Positions 1 through 11,205 of a stretch of DNA of 64,000 bases are shown in pieces. The DNA is from Paramoeba atlantica (lineage: Eukaryota > Protista > Discosea). How positions within the stretch are numbered: position 1 is the stretch's first letter; each line of letters begins with the position of its first letter. The notes under the pieces were generated by a model. The model saw only the letters and a program-made list of their open reading frames with translations. It searched no databases and was not told the DNA's origin. The DNA lies in the NCBI GenBank assembly GCA_977017575.1, contig CDRNVI010000050.1, forward strand, positions 41,506 to 105,505, in the 5' to 3' direction. The position numbers and the translations under genes were made by a program.

Positions 1-533
1 GGATGACGCTTGTTTTTCGCCTTTGAGTCAAGCTTGAATTATGGGGATAGAATGAATACTTTTTTAACGATGTGAATACCACTCGAGAAATAGTACCGGT
101 ACTGAAAAGAGGAATATCGGCGATGGATACCTTGAAATTTCCGTCCTCAAACGAATAGTATTTATATCGGAAAACTAAGCATTTCGTGTTACTCTTTTAA
201 TACTTCTATTTAATGGTTCTGTCGTATCAGACATTTTCGCAGAAATGTGATCGCACGAAATGATTTTTAGAACCCCTGTTCACGTACCTTTGCCGCGTTA
301 TTCATATTTTTCAATCTTTGGATGCTCATCTATAATTTTTATGTTTCTTTATTACTTTTTAAGATTCGCTAAACGTGGTGATTGTTCTTAGCGGAGAATA
401 CACTACTGCTGCTCTTCACGTTGAAAGCTATTTCATAGGCTATCTCCAACGAAAATCTAGTTGAATCAAACCAAAAACGTACCTTAATATCAAAGTTTCA
501 CCTTATCTTCTACAACCACGTCGTCAAGAAAAA

Positions 534-1238
534 ATGAACACAAGCATTCCGTTGAAGGCTGCAAAGGTGCGAGGGAACTTGCCGCCTCCAGAATATCAAC
601 TTGCGCATCTCATTGAAAACGTGAACCGTTATCGGCCTTCATGGGGTACGGAGATTCCCGCTTGTAAATGGAATGGAGTCACATGCGATGAGGAAGGCCT
701 TGTCACTGGAATCAAATGGTATCGATTCCGCCTTTCAGGTATTCTTCGGTGGGAATTTCTTCCTCATACTCTGGTTGCGCTCAATCTCAATAGCAATAGA
801 CTCGAAGGCAAGGTGCCTTTTATGGAGCTGCCACCTAAACTTCTTCATCTCTACATGGATGGTAATTTTTTTCATAGTGAAGCTGACTTCACCGCGCTTC
901 CAAATACAATAGCCTACATCGTCTTGAGTGACAACAATTTTTCCGGAGAGATCTGTCTCACCAAGTTGCCTCAAACCCTTTCTTTGCTTAACTTGACAAA
1001 AAATCGATTCAGTGGGCCGTTGGATCTAACAAATCTTCCCTCCGCAATGAGTTTACTTTTTCTAAATAGCAATCGTTTTCGTGGTCATGTGAGCTTGAGT
1101 TCTCTCCCCAAAGGAATGAGTCATCTGGGCTTGGACGGTAACCCGTCTCTGTACATTAAAGACAGTGCATTCAAGGACGAAGCATTTGAAGTTCCGGAAG
1201 GAAATGTAATGGATCTTGTGAGGAAAGTAATTCCGTAA
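534..1238 (+). CDS. Leucine-rich repeat protein (234 aa, CxWxGxxC N-cap, plant-type LxxLxLxxNxFxG repeats)
   Basis: ACKWNGVTCD cap followed by repeats such as LVALNLNSNRLEG, LSLLNLTKNRFSG; paralogous to 2753-3457 and 15756-16460. Confidence 0.9.
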   Translation: MNTSIPLKAAKVRGNLPPPEYQLAHLIENVNRYRPSWGTEIPACKWNGVTCDEEGLVTGIKWYRFRLSGILRWEFLPHTLVALNLNSNRLEGKVPFMELPPKLLHLYMDGNFFHSEADFTALPNTIAYIVLSDNNFSGEICLTKLPQTLSLLNLTKNRFSGPLDLTNLPSAMSLLFLNSNRFRGHVSLSSLPKGMSHLGLDGNPSLYIKDSAFKDEAFEVPEGNVMDLVRKVIP

Positions 1239-1680
1239 TTTTGTCCATTAGCGTAGACTTTAACAATCATACTTGGACCTACAAACATCTCAGGAACTAA
1301 TTTTAAGTCTGTTCAAGGACTCATTTGGGCAAACTACGACTGGTAGTGGCCGAATGGTTGAAGTTGTGCACCTTTTTTAAACCGATGAGAATGCCATCCG
1401 AGAAATACTACCCGTGATGAATACACACAAGGCCGTAGAGGAAGGAGGAGACGCAAGGTAAAACGGCAGAAGGCGGATATTTTGTAGATATTGATATGGC
1501 GGATTTTTTGTATTCAGCTATTTACAAAATAATATCGCTGCGCTGGTAACGTATGCTAGTAGTGTAGGCATGAGTGTCACCTAATAGTACCCATAGATAG
1601 TTCATCTCATTTCGTTCTACAAAAGAAATAAGAATGAATATAGAAAGTTTTAGCATTCGAAAGGTTTTTTTGCTACCTAT

Positions 1681-1869
1681 TACTGTCCTCCCCCCCTTTA
1701 AGCGCACCCGGTCAGCCCCCCCCCCCCCGTTTAAGCGCACATAGAGTTGAAGGAAAGAGCCCGGCGCCGCGAAGCGGCGCCAATTTTTTTTTATGTAGTG
1801 ATTCAGACCCCCCCGTTTAAGCGTACTTTTCGCGGAAAACGAGGTGCGCTTAAACGGGGGGGGACAGTA
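1681..1869. mobile_element. MITE-like element with terminal inverted repeats
   Basis: TACTGTCC-C-run-TTAAGCGCAC at left and GTGCGCTTAAAC-G-run-ACAGTA at right; internal hairpin CGGCGCCGCGAAGCGGCGCC. Confidence 0.6.
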
Positions 1870-2118
1870 TAAAGAAATTCTTGTCCCAAAAAAAAGATGA
1901 AAAGTAATCGCCCCAGAGAGTTTATGTCCGTAAAATTAGTATTTAGCATTCCCCCCACGAGCCTTCAGCACTGCCTTCATACGGGCAGGCATATTGTCCA
2001 CCTGGACACGGCATGGTATGTTCGAGGGTGGTATGTTCGTCCATTTCATTTTTACCCTCTCCCACAACTCTCGGACTCCGCTTGGGGGATCATCGTGCGC
2101 TTCAAGTCGATGGCTATG

Positions 2119-2310
2119 TAACCCAAGCTAAAGTCGACGAGGGAGATACTAAAGGCCCCTTTGGCAAACTACCACAAAACTGGAACGGTGTCTCCCGTTT
2201 TGTAAAGCATTCTGATGTGACAAAAGAATATTTAACGGGAAAAGAATATTTAGCCTGGGTTCAAATTCCAATTTCGAATTCCAATATTTAGCCTGGGTTC
2301 AAATTCCAAT
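2119..2310. repeat. Dispersed repeat / MITE-like (inverted ends AACCCAAGCTAAA ... TTTAGCCTGGGTT)
   Basis: Body (gagggagatactaaagg...aactggaacg) recurs in reverse orientation at ~25700-25780 and ~57550-57625. Confidence 0.55.
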
Positions 2311-2337
2311 TTTGAATAATACACCGTTCCCCGGGTT

Positions 2338-2685
2338 AGTTACAGGGGGAAAAAAAGTTATGTCAACAAAAGTCGAGGCAACAAAAGTTGTGTCAACAAA
2401 AGTCGTGTTAATGCGAAACGTGGGGAGGAACAAAAGTATGTTAAAAAATATAATTGCTCTTACTTTTGGTAAAATAGGTGCATATTCGCTCTTTTACCTT
2501 GGAGCGAAGGTCACTTGACCATCGAGAGTGCGGTTTCAGGGGTATTACATGACGCTCTGGCACTGCTATCTCGCTGATGGAGGGGACAAAAGTTGTGGTA
2601 ACATAAGTTGTGTCAAGAAAAGTCGTGTTAATCCCAGAAATTAACACGACTTTTCTTGACACAACATAATTTCCCCCCTGTAACT
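2338..2685. mobile_element. MITE-like element just upstream of LRR copy 2
   Basis: Inverted ends AGTTACAGGGGGAAAAAAAGTTATGT / ACATAATTTCCCCCCTGTAACT with internal aaaagtcgtgttaat / aaaagttgtg repeats. Confidence 0.55.
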
Positions 2686-2752
2686 CAAACCAAACGCATA
2701 CATTACTATCAAAGTTTCACCTTATCTTCTACTATCACGTCGTCAAGAAAAA

Positions 2753-3457
2753 ATGAACACAAGCATTCCGTTGAAGGCTGCAAAGGTGCGAGGAAACTTG
2801 CCGCCTCCAGAATATCAACTTGCGCAACTCATTGAAAACGTGAAACTTCATCGGCCGTCATGGATTATGGACACTCCTACTTGTAAATCGAGTGGAATCA
2901 CATGCGATGAGGAAGGCCGTGTTACTGAAATTGAATGGCATCGATTCCACCTTTCAGGGATTCTTCGGTGGGAATTTCTTCCTCATACTCTGGTTGCGCT
3001 CAATCTCAATAGCAATAAACTCGAAGGTAAGGTGCCTTTTATGGAGCTGCCACCTAAACTTACTACTCTCTGCATGGAAAGCAATTTTTTTCATACTGAA
3101 GCTGACTTCACTGCGCTTCCAAATACAATAGCCTATATCGTCTTGAATGACAACAATTTTTCAGGAGAGATCTGTCTCACCAAGTTACCTCAAACTCTTT
3201 CTTTCCTTAACTTGGCAAGAAATCGATTCAGTGGGACGTTGGATCTAACTAACCTTCCTTCCGCAATGAATTCACTCTTTCTAAATAGCAATCGTTTTCG
3301 TGGTCATGTGAGCTTGAGTTCTCTTCCCAAAGGAATGAGTAAACTTGTTTTGAACGGTAACTCGGTTCTATACATTAAAGACAGTACTTTCAAGGAGGAA
3401 GCTTTTCGAATCCCTGGAGGAAATGTAATGGATCTTGTTAAGAACGTAATTCCTTAA
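2753..3457 (+). CDS. Leucine-rich repeat protein paralog (234 aa)
   Basis: Same length and near-identical to 534-1238, including the 5' and 3' flanks. Confidence 0.9.
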   Translation: MNTSIPLKAAKVRGNLPPPEYQLAQLIENVKLHRPSWIMDTPTCKSSGITCDEEGRVTEIEWHRFHLSGILRWEFLPHTLVALNLNSNKLEGKVPFMELPPKLTTLCMESNFFHTEADFTALPNTIAYIVLNDNNFSGEICLTKLPQTLSFLNLARNRFSGTLDLTNLPSAMNSLFLNSNRFRGHVSLSSLPKGMSKLVLNGNSVLYIKDSTFKEEAFRIPGGNVMDLVKNVIP

Positions 3458-3938
3458 TTGTGTCCATTGGCGTAGACTTTAACAATCATACTTGGACCTA
3501 CAAACGTCTCAGAAACTAATTTTAAGTCTGTTCAAGGACGCATCTGGGCGAAATACGACCGGTGGTGGCTGAATGGTTGAAATTGTGCACCTTTTTTAAA
3601 CCGATGAGAATACCATCGGAGAAATACTACCAGTAATGAATATTTTGTAATTTGCAGCCGGTAACGGGTAAAATCATGATCAATCACTTTGATGGTGGGT
3701 TTTGTTGTGGGTATCTTGAAATCAACTGTGTCACACGTCTTCCGTTTAGTGAGGTTAAGCCCGCTGGTACGAGTTTTGTTGGATGTGGCAATGTTTTGTA
3801 CGGAACTCGTCTTGTCTGCATCATTTTGATTTTCTTTGGAATTCGCTGATATTTAGTCACTTTTAGAATTTTTTTGCAAAGTGTGCAAACTTCGTTTAAT
3901 CTGACCTAAATTTAGTAGTTTAAGTTTACACAACTTAA

Positions 3939-4286
3939 ACCCTGTTCCGGGTTATTGTGCCTAGAGCTACTTATTGTGCAGGGGGGCACAATAAGTGGAA
4001 ACGACGACTATTATTGTGCCCCCCCCTCCAAAATATGGCGCCGCTTCGCGGCGCCGCATTTTTTTGCGGGTTTTTTATTCCCATTTTCTCGAAATTAACG
4101 GTGTTTGTTCAGCAACGCACTCGTTAAATAGAACTCATTCTGCACATGAACGTGTTTGTTCACAAAAAGGACACCGCGAAGCGGCGCCAATTTTTCTTTT
4201 ACCCTTTTTTTGGTTTTTTCCAATATTTAGTTATTGTGCCTAGAGCCAGTTGTTGCGCAGGGGGGCACAATAACCCGGAACAGGGT
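3939..4286. mobile_element. MITE with perfect 23-bp TIRs flanked by TTAA
   Basis: TTAA(3935-3938)-ACCCTGTTCCGGGTTATTGTGCC ... GGCACAATAACCCGGAACAGGGT-TTAA(4287-4290). Confidence 0.75.
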
Positions 4287-4620
4287 TTAAATGCAAACAA
4301 AATGCACAACTTAAACTTTGAAGTGTCCAATCGTGGCACCGATTGTCCCATAGTGGCCCCAGAAATGCACCGAAATTGCTGGGGGTCCAATGGTGCTTAA
4401 TATTCCTACCCCCCCCTCTCCCTGACACCTACCCTGTCTTTGCTTGAGATCCAGACAATTTATCCCTCGAAAATCCCTTTTTGGTATGATTTTTTCATCA
4501 AAATAGCAAGCCCAACGCGCACACAAGACCCGAACAGACCAAAACGAGCACAAGATCAAAGATCGCGCCGCTTCGTGGCGCGAAAAAAAATTTGGTGCTT
4601 TTCTGCTAATTTTTTAAACC

Positions 4621-5867
4621 ACTGTCCGGGTTAATATTCCTGGTAGTAATATTAAGAGGGTATACTCCCTCTCTCATTAATTTTTATAAATAGATTTCGA
4701 GTTATAAAAATTTAATTTATGCGGGATCATTAATTTTTATAAATCAGAAATTTATCGAACGCTATTTCTTAATTTTTTTCTAAACCAAAGAATTTTTTCC
4801 GTTATTCTACTTAAGATGGATTATTTTGTGAACGTGGATGGACGCGCTTCGAAGAAATTTCTTACAGAAAAGCGCAAATGGTTGATTTCTATGCTGGAGG
4901 CATAGAAGGCATGTAATATCACTTACTTTCTTAAAGAAATGTTTCTTTTATGCGTTTTTAGGTGTACCGTCACCCCCCCTCCCTTGACTTAGCCTGCCAA
5001 AAAGTCGAAAAAATAGGGAAAAGCGGATAAGTCGCCCAGCCGACTGCGGGCCTAATTTATCCGAAGGAGCGTCTTCGTTGCTCGGTCGCAATCCTATGTC
5101 GTAATGCATATTGCACTGCCGGATCCCAGGAGTTCTTCTAGAACTCGCGTTTTCTTCCACGTAAACTCAACCAGGACAGGTGGGATCGGTCGGGATCGTA
5201 AATCTCTAGTTTCAACCCTCTCAGCTTCAGATATTAGATTGATTCGTGAAAAAATGCTCATGTAGGGGAAAAGATAATCTTTTTGGGGGGGATTTTCTTT
5301 CTGAGATGAAGATACTGATTTTTGTAAAACGCGATTCACTGAAAAAATTCAGCATGGGGAAGCATGGTCGGGACCTACTCGCGGTCTTCCCTGGCACTAC
5401 CATCTTACAGATCGTACTAACGCCGACCTTTTTTTAGAATAGCGGTCATTTATACGGGATCATTAATTTTTATAATTATAATTATAACTCACTTTTTGTT
5501 ATAATTTATAATTTATAAAAATTAATGAGAGGGAGAGTAGGAATATTACGAGGTATAGGAATGTTAAAAAATTAGCAAAAAAAGACCAAGTTTTTTTTCG
5601 CGCCGCTTCGAACCTGCGACCACCAGATTATGAACGGCAGGTCTTACCCACTGGACTACCTGGGTTCGAGTCCCGGGACCTACGTTTTTAAGCACAGTGA
5701 TTTGTGCCCAAATCGAGGATAGGGGCTGGACCCCCTTTTCTCACACTGCTGGATCCACCCTACCCCGGACACCTTAAAGAAGGGAGAAGCAGAGGTTGTA
5801 AACAACCCCCGCAATATTCCTATTACCCCCTCTTAATATTCCTACCAGGAATATTAACCCGGACAGT
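4621..5867. mobile_element. Non-autonomous TIR element (40-bp TIRs, 1 mismatch)
   Basis: ACTGTCCGGGTTAATATTCCTGGTAGTAATATTAAGAGGG at 4621-4660; reverse complement ends at 5867. No clear TSD, no intact ORF. Confidence 0.7.
5605..5680 (-). pseudogene. Degenerate tRNA-like sequence (Met-like, CAT anticodon) fused to an oppositely oriented T-arm
   Basis: Minus: TA-GTCCAGTGGGTAAGAC (D arm), TTCATAA loop, GCAGGTTCGAA; anticodon and T stems do not pair. Plus: CTGGG-TTCGAGT-CCCGG T-arm at ~5660-5676. Confidence 0.45.
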
Positions 5868-7140
5868 TATAAGGTTATAGTTAAGATTAGTATATCTTTA
5901 ATTAAACGGTGTTACAGGATAACATACCCCCCGGTATGTTATCGTGTTACAGGTATGTTATGCTGTTACAGGTATGTTAACTTTTATGCCATCATTTTTT
6001 TTGAAGAATATGATTCACCAATTCAAAAAATTACTCCAATATATTTTACTCCACAATTTCAGGACAACTATGTCTTGGAAAATACTCCTGAATTGTCAAT
6101 GTCTTCCTCCTCTTCTCCCTCCTCGTCTTCCTCTTCATCCTCCTCCGACGAAACAACCTCGCTTGGAATTTCTTCATGAATACCACTCAGTTCTTGCGTG
6201 CTCATGTTGACAAAAAAATTATCAGTATTACACATGTAAAAAAATCTCAAAAATAAAATTGACCCCTAAACTCCAAAATCCAGAGGGGGGTATGTTATCC
6301 ACCCCTGTTCACGATAACATACCCCCCAGGTATGTTAACGTGTTACAGGTATGTTATCCCGGGCCCCCGTTTAGTGTCATTTTCTCGACCGACACTAATT
6401 AAAAATACACTAATTTTTACGAGCACTGTAGGTCGGTCTCTGCCTCGGAAACCGCGTGAGCTTGGCCACGAGAGTAAAGCAAGATATTAGCTTTAGCACT
6501 AAATTTAAGTCTGTTCAAGGACACATTTGGGCTAAATACGACCGGTGGTGGCTGAATGATTAAAGTTGTGCAAAACAAAAATTCGGACCTAAAGGGTTTT
6601 TGTGTCGGAAGAATGGTGTGGTTGAAGTCGCATTATTTACCCATTACGTGCAATAGTCTTGTATTCATGCCTACGAGTGATTTCTCACACGCAAATGTTG
6701 GATTTAGTGCTCTGAGCGTAAATCTACGCAAAAATGCCCCTATTTTTACCTAAAAATCGGCTATTTTTGGTTTAACGCCGTCCGGTTTCTTCGGCTTTCG
6801 TAACCAATTTTTCTTTTCTAGGCTCTTCGTTAAACGCGGAGGTAGTTTTCAACGCGAATCGCGCAGCATGAGTGACTTCTAAGTTGAAAACAACCACCGC
6901 GTTTAACGAAGATCCTAAAAAAGAAATCGGTGGAATTAATCCAGTATTGCGCAAAAAATATTTTTTTTCGCCCAATTTTTTAACACTTTTCCAATTTTTA
7001 TTTTCGTCTCGTAAAAGCGTTAGACGTCGTTTCTTAGCATATTTATGTTCATTTTTGTCTTACAAGCGCTCCTTCCGCATGACTTAGGAAAATTTTACTC
7101 CGGTTTGCGCAGGATGCCCGGATATTTCTTGTGTTAAGAG

Positions 7141-7570
7141 CATTGGCATGAGCAAAGTTGGCTCCTGGGATGCAGGTCAGTGCATTTTATGGCTCAGGGG
7201 CCCAAACTAATAGCTCAAACCGTGAAATGTGAGCGAGGACATTCACAAACCACATACGTTATCCAGGGGGGGGGAGCGATGGGTATTTTTTTTATATCCA
7301 GTGCGTACTTGTCGAGCGCCGGAGTCTCCTTTTCTCTCCCGTAGATATCGACTCACCCCCCACACAAGCTATCCTAGGCCTCATTGGGTATTCACACTCA
7401 ATGAAAAGAACGAATATAGCCGAAGAGTGCGGGTTAATACCAGCACGGTGAAAGGGGCAAATTCTATGCTTAAAAAGAGATTAACTTCTGAGGGGGGAGT
7501 CTGGGAAGAAATGAGGACTCTCGAGAGGCACGCCTCCGTGCTATGGCCGAAAAGTACAACGACAGACTAA
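7141..7570 (+). pseudogene. Possible internally deleted Merlin/IS1595-like transposase relic
   Basis: With one frameshift reads CILWLRGP(K)LIAQTVKCERGH, then GERWVF, then VNTSTVKGANSMLKKRL, which resembles the IS1595/Merlin C-terminal HTNxIEGxxSxLKRxL motif with E changed to K. Confidence 0.4.
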
Positions 7571-7747
7571 TAAAGTATCAAAAATGCCCCCGAAAAAGAA
7601 TATTTGAGGACATAAAATACTTCTGTTCTGAGATATTTTCGTGTTAGAAAATTTATGGCATCGAAAATTTTAAAATACACATTTTTTTCGAAAGTGTGCA
7701 ATATTGGGTTCTGACCAAGAAATCATTATCATTCTTGAAGTTTATTG

Positions 7748-8736
7748 TTATGCGGCCATCACCGCATGTTCCGAAACCTTGCTCGGGGGGATGGGAGCCA
7801 TGGGAACGACGCCGTTCGTAAATAAACTTTTTACGGCGGACTTTCTGGGCACCATCCCCTTCGAAGACAAAGCGGAGGACATGCAGGCCAAAGCAGTCAA
7901 GGCCTTACAAGGCCAGTCCCCCGGCACCCCCTCCAGGGAGCAGCGACGCGCTTATGGGGCGGCTGCTCTGGACAAGGCACCGTCGGCCACGCATCTGGTC
8001 TGCATGCGCCAGATCCAGAACATCCACTCGACCAAGTGGATGAATGCGTGGCCGAACAGGCCGGAGTACTACATGCGGGATCCCGAATGGGGGACCGTCG
8101 CTAGGCTCCGGTACATGGTGGCCCCCACCTCCGAACCTGAAATCCAATGTGTGTGCGGCGCGGCCCTCAAAAATGAGGAGTTCTGCGTCCACGCCATGGA
8201 TTGCAAGAAGGTTCGGGGGAAGACACAAGCCTCTCGCCACAAGGGGGTTAAGGAAACTTTCCGCAACCTACTAATCCAGTACGGATTCTCCCCAGACCTA
8301 GTCGAACCTAGATTCGATAACGGTCAGGGACCGGACATCTGCCTCCTTTTGGGGCGGAAACTAGTCCTAGTGGACGTGACGGTGGTAAACCCACTGGCCC
8401 CGTCCTACGTCGATAAGGGGGCAGCTGAGCCCTCCTTCACCGTGAGGCAGGCTGAGCGCCTCAAAAGGCGCACTCACGAGGAAATGGCGGGGGCCGGGGA
8501 GATGGATTTCTTCCCTTTAGCCTTCATCACGTACAGTGTCCCCGGGCCCGAGACCCTCTAGTTTCTAAATTTGGTCGCTCGGAAGGCCACCGGCGAGAAG
8601 AATGGTTGCCTCAGCCATTTTATCATGGCAATCGGGGTATCCATCCAAAAGGGGAACGCCCAGATAGCGCATGTCGCGGTACAAAACTGGTACCGTAGGG
8701 GCGTGCGCTAATGGGTTCGGGGGATGACAAAAAAAA
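7748..8736 (+). mobile_element. 5'-truncated CRE-like (RLE-type) non-LTR retrotransposon 3' end with poly(A)
   Basis: CxC...HAMDC zinc knuckle, GPDICLLLGRKLVLVDVTVVNP (PD-D RLE motif), premature TAG at 8559-8561, 3' UTR gggttcggggg shared with the 52.3 kb copy, A-run 8729-8736. Confidence 0.8.
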
Positions 8737-8775
8737 TATTGTTATCATTATTAATGGCAGGGACAGTAGTGTCTT

Positions 8776-10072
8776 CAGTAAAGGGGGCGTACGTCTATTG
8801 TTCGCAATCATCTATTGTTCGCAAACTAATAAAATCATCTATTGTTGGCAATCGGTTATTGTTGACATTTAATTAATTTTGATTTTTTTGATTCATTGCC
8901 ATGTATGGCGGATAAAATCCTGGAGTCTGCTAAGGTCAAAATTTCCACTTTTTTCGAAACTTTTCGAAAATTTCCTCTTTTTCGAAGATACGTATACATG
9001 TATGTATCCTCGTGTATGTGAGGGGGGGGCGACGGTAGTGTAAGTGATTGCGGTGGTTGTAAAACTACCGCTCTACCCTCGATTATTAAAAAAAAGGTGA
9101 ACAAAAACAGTGAAAATATAAAGAGGAACACAGTAATATAATAGAAGAAAAAAATATAAAAGGGGGCTCCGGTGGTCCAAAACTTAAAAAAAATTGAAAA
9201 AAATTGGGGGTCCAGGGGGGTCATGGTCGAGCAAATTTTTTCGAAAAAATTAGTTTTCGAAAACAAACCGCAGAAAGGGTAGCCGGGGTCTTGGCGCGCA
9301 TTTTCCACCCCCTTACCCGGGGGTGATCCCCCCGCGTATCCGCAGGACGGGTCCGCCAAGTTCGGATTTTTTCGGAAAAAAAAAATTGAAAAAAATTTCA
9401 ACTTGGCGAAAAAAATGGCAAAAAAAATATTTTTCCAAAATCGTTTCCCCTATTGTATTTTGATAGTTTGGGACCTACACTAGCTTTCTCCGCAGTTGTT
9501 TTCGCAAGGTATCCCTTCTTCTAACCGTGCTGCGCCCCTCAAAATGACCCATTTTTGACTAAAAAAGGTGAAAAAGTATTTTTCGGACCTAAAGGGGCAT
9601 TTTAGTGTCGAAAGAATGGTATGTTTGGAGTCGCATTCTCTACCCAATACGTTTGGTAGGCTTCCATTCATGCCTACGAGTGATTTCCCACGCGCAAATG
9701 TCGGATTTAGTGCTCGGAGAGCAAAAATACGCGAAAATCACCCCATTTTTACCCGAAATTCGGCTATTTTTGGCTATAATCTTTCCGTTTTCCAGGCTAA
9801 ATTATCTTTTTTAGGCTCTTCGTTAAACTCGGTGGTAGTTTTCAACGCGAAGCGCGCAGCATGAGTGACTTCTAAGTTAAAAACAACCACCGCGTTTAAC
9901 GAAGAGCCTAAAAAATAAACGTAGCGTAAGTTACCTTGATGGCCAACAATAGATGATTTTATTGCCGTTCCATCTATTGTTGGTTAAAGGGGGTATTGTA
10001 TCATCTATTGTTGGCAATCGGCTATTGTTGGCAAAAAAAGTTGCCAACAGTAGACGAGCCCTCCCTTTAGTA
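8776..10072. mobile_element. Imperfect-TIR element (catctattgttgg subterminal repeats) containing a nested hairpin-repeat copy
   Basis: Left agtaaagggggcgtacgtctattgtt versus right aacagtagacgagccctccctttagta; CTATTGTT repeats at 8790-8870 and 9936-10050. Confidence 0.5.
9047..9915 (-). repeat. Copy of the ~0.9 kb long-hairpin repeat family
   Basis: Same modules as the 26.4-32.7 kb copies: 34-bp-arm palindrome at ~9812-9912, terminus TACAACCACCGCAAT at 9047. Confidence 0.85.
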
Positions 10073-10219
10073 TTTTTTTTTCAGATTTACCCATAACCGG
10101 TGGTAAAACTCCTTCGAATAACCGGTGGCAAAACCTCGAATAACCGGTGACAAAAAATTGATTCGAGCCGGTGAACTTTGTTTCTCTTCCTTATTAGAAA
10201 CTCTTAAAAAGCATTCTAT

Positions 10220-10861
10220 ATGCCTATCTACCACAACATTTTGTTGCGTACATTGGCTTCAGAAGCTCCACATGGCCAGCGCCCGGGAAAAGTATCTGGA
10301 GTTCCCCTCCCCCTGGAGTATGACTTGGCACGATTCGTGAAAAACGTGGAACAGGATCAAGACACGTGGAGTACCGATACCCCCGCATGTGAATGGGGTG
10401 GAATTGATTGCGATTTAGAACTCAACGTGATGGGCATTTATTGGTACAACGGTTACCTCAGTGGTGAGTTGGATTGGAATTATCTTCCCACAACTGTAGT
10501 AGAGTTAAAGCTTTGGGGAAATCAATTGGAAGGAAACGTTCCGTTTGAATGTCTGCCTTCCTCATTGGAAAATCTCGGCATTTCAGACAATAAATTTACT
10601 GGAACGCCGAATTTTCTGTCTTTGCCTCCTTCGATAAAATACTTGAGCATTGCTGGAAACGACTTTTCAGGGTGGGTTGATTTTTCGGTTCTCCCCTCGT
10701 CTCTGCGTGACATTTATCTGGATGGAAACAAAAAATTAGAGGGGATTTTGGACGTGGAGGAAAGGTATAAGGGCTTGTACTATGATGTGACACGAACTGA
10801 AATTATCGTCAACAATGGTATACTCACCCGCGTTCGAGGGTTTGAGGATTTCAGCGGCTAG
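10220..10861 (+). CDS. Divergent leucine-rich repeat protein (213 aa)
   Basis: DTPACEWGGIDCD cap; LKLWGNQLEG, LGISDNKFTG, LSIAGNDFSG repeats. Confidence 0.85.
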   Translation: MPIYHNILLRTLASEAPHGQRPGKVSGVPLPLEYDLARFVKNVEQDQDTWSTDTPACEWGGIDCDLELNVMGIYWYNGYLSGELDWNYLPTTVVELKLWGNQLEGNVPFECLPSSLENLGISDNKFTGTPNFLSLPPSIKYLSIAGNDFSGWVDFSVLPSSLRDIYLDGNKKLEGILDVEERYKGLYYDVTRTEIIVNNGILTRVRGFEDFSG

Positions 10862-11205
10862 GCTGTTTTTCTTTTTTCTCTTTTTTCAGGGTTCTCGGTG
10901 TTTAAATAAGTTTATATTTTCTTTGTTTGGTTTTCGTCACTTCTTTGGACGCGGTGTTTGTTCTCAACGTCCTCCAAAGACCTCTTCTGCATGTGTGACT
11001 TCATCATTTTTTCTGTAAAAGACACACACACTCAACAGGAAAAAACAGGAAAACAAAAATTTGTGAATTTTTTATTGTGTAACAATTTTAATCTTAATAA
11101 ATTCATTAGCCCGTACCCCGAGTAGGTTTTTCCAGTACCGCAAGGCAAAAAATCAAAGCTCAACGTCCACTATCTAACCAGTAATAGATAAATTCCCTTT
11201 CCTAC

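Noticed and set aside
4800-5440. Coding-like interior of the 40-bp-TIR element
   Set aside because: Only short broken ORFs with no transposase motif I can recognise.
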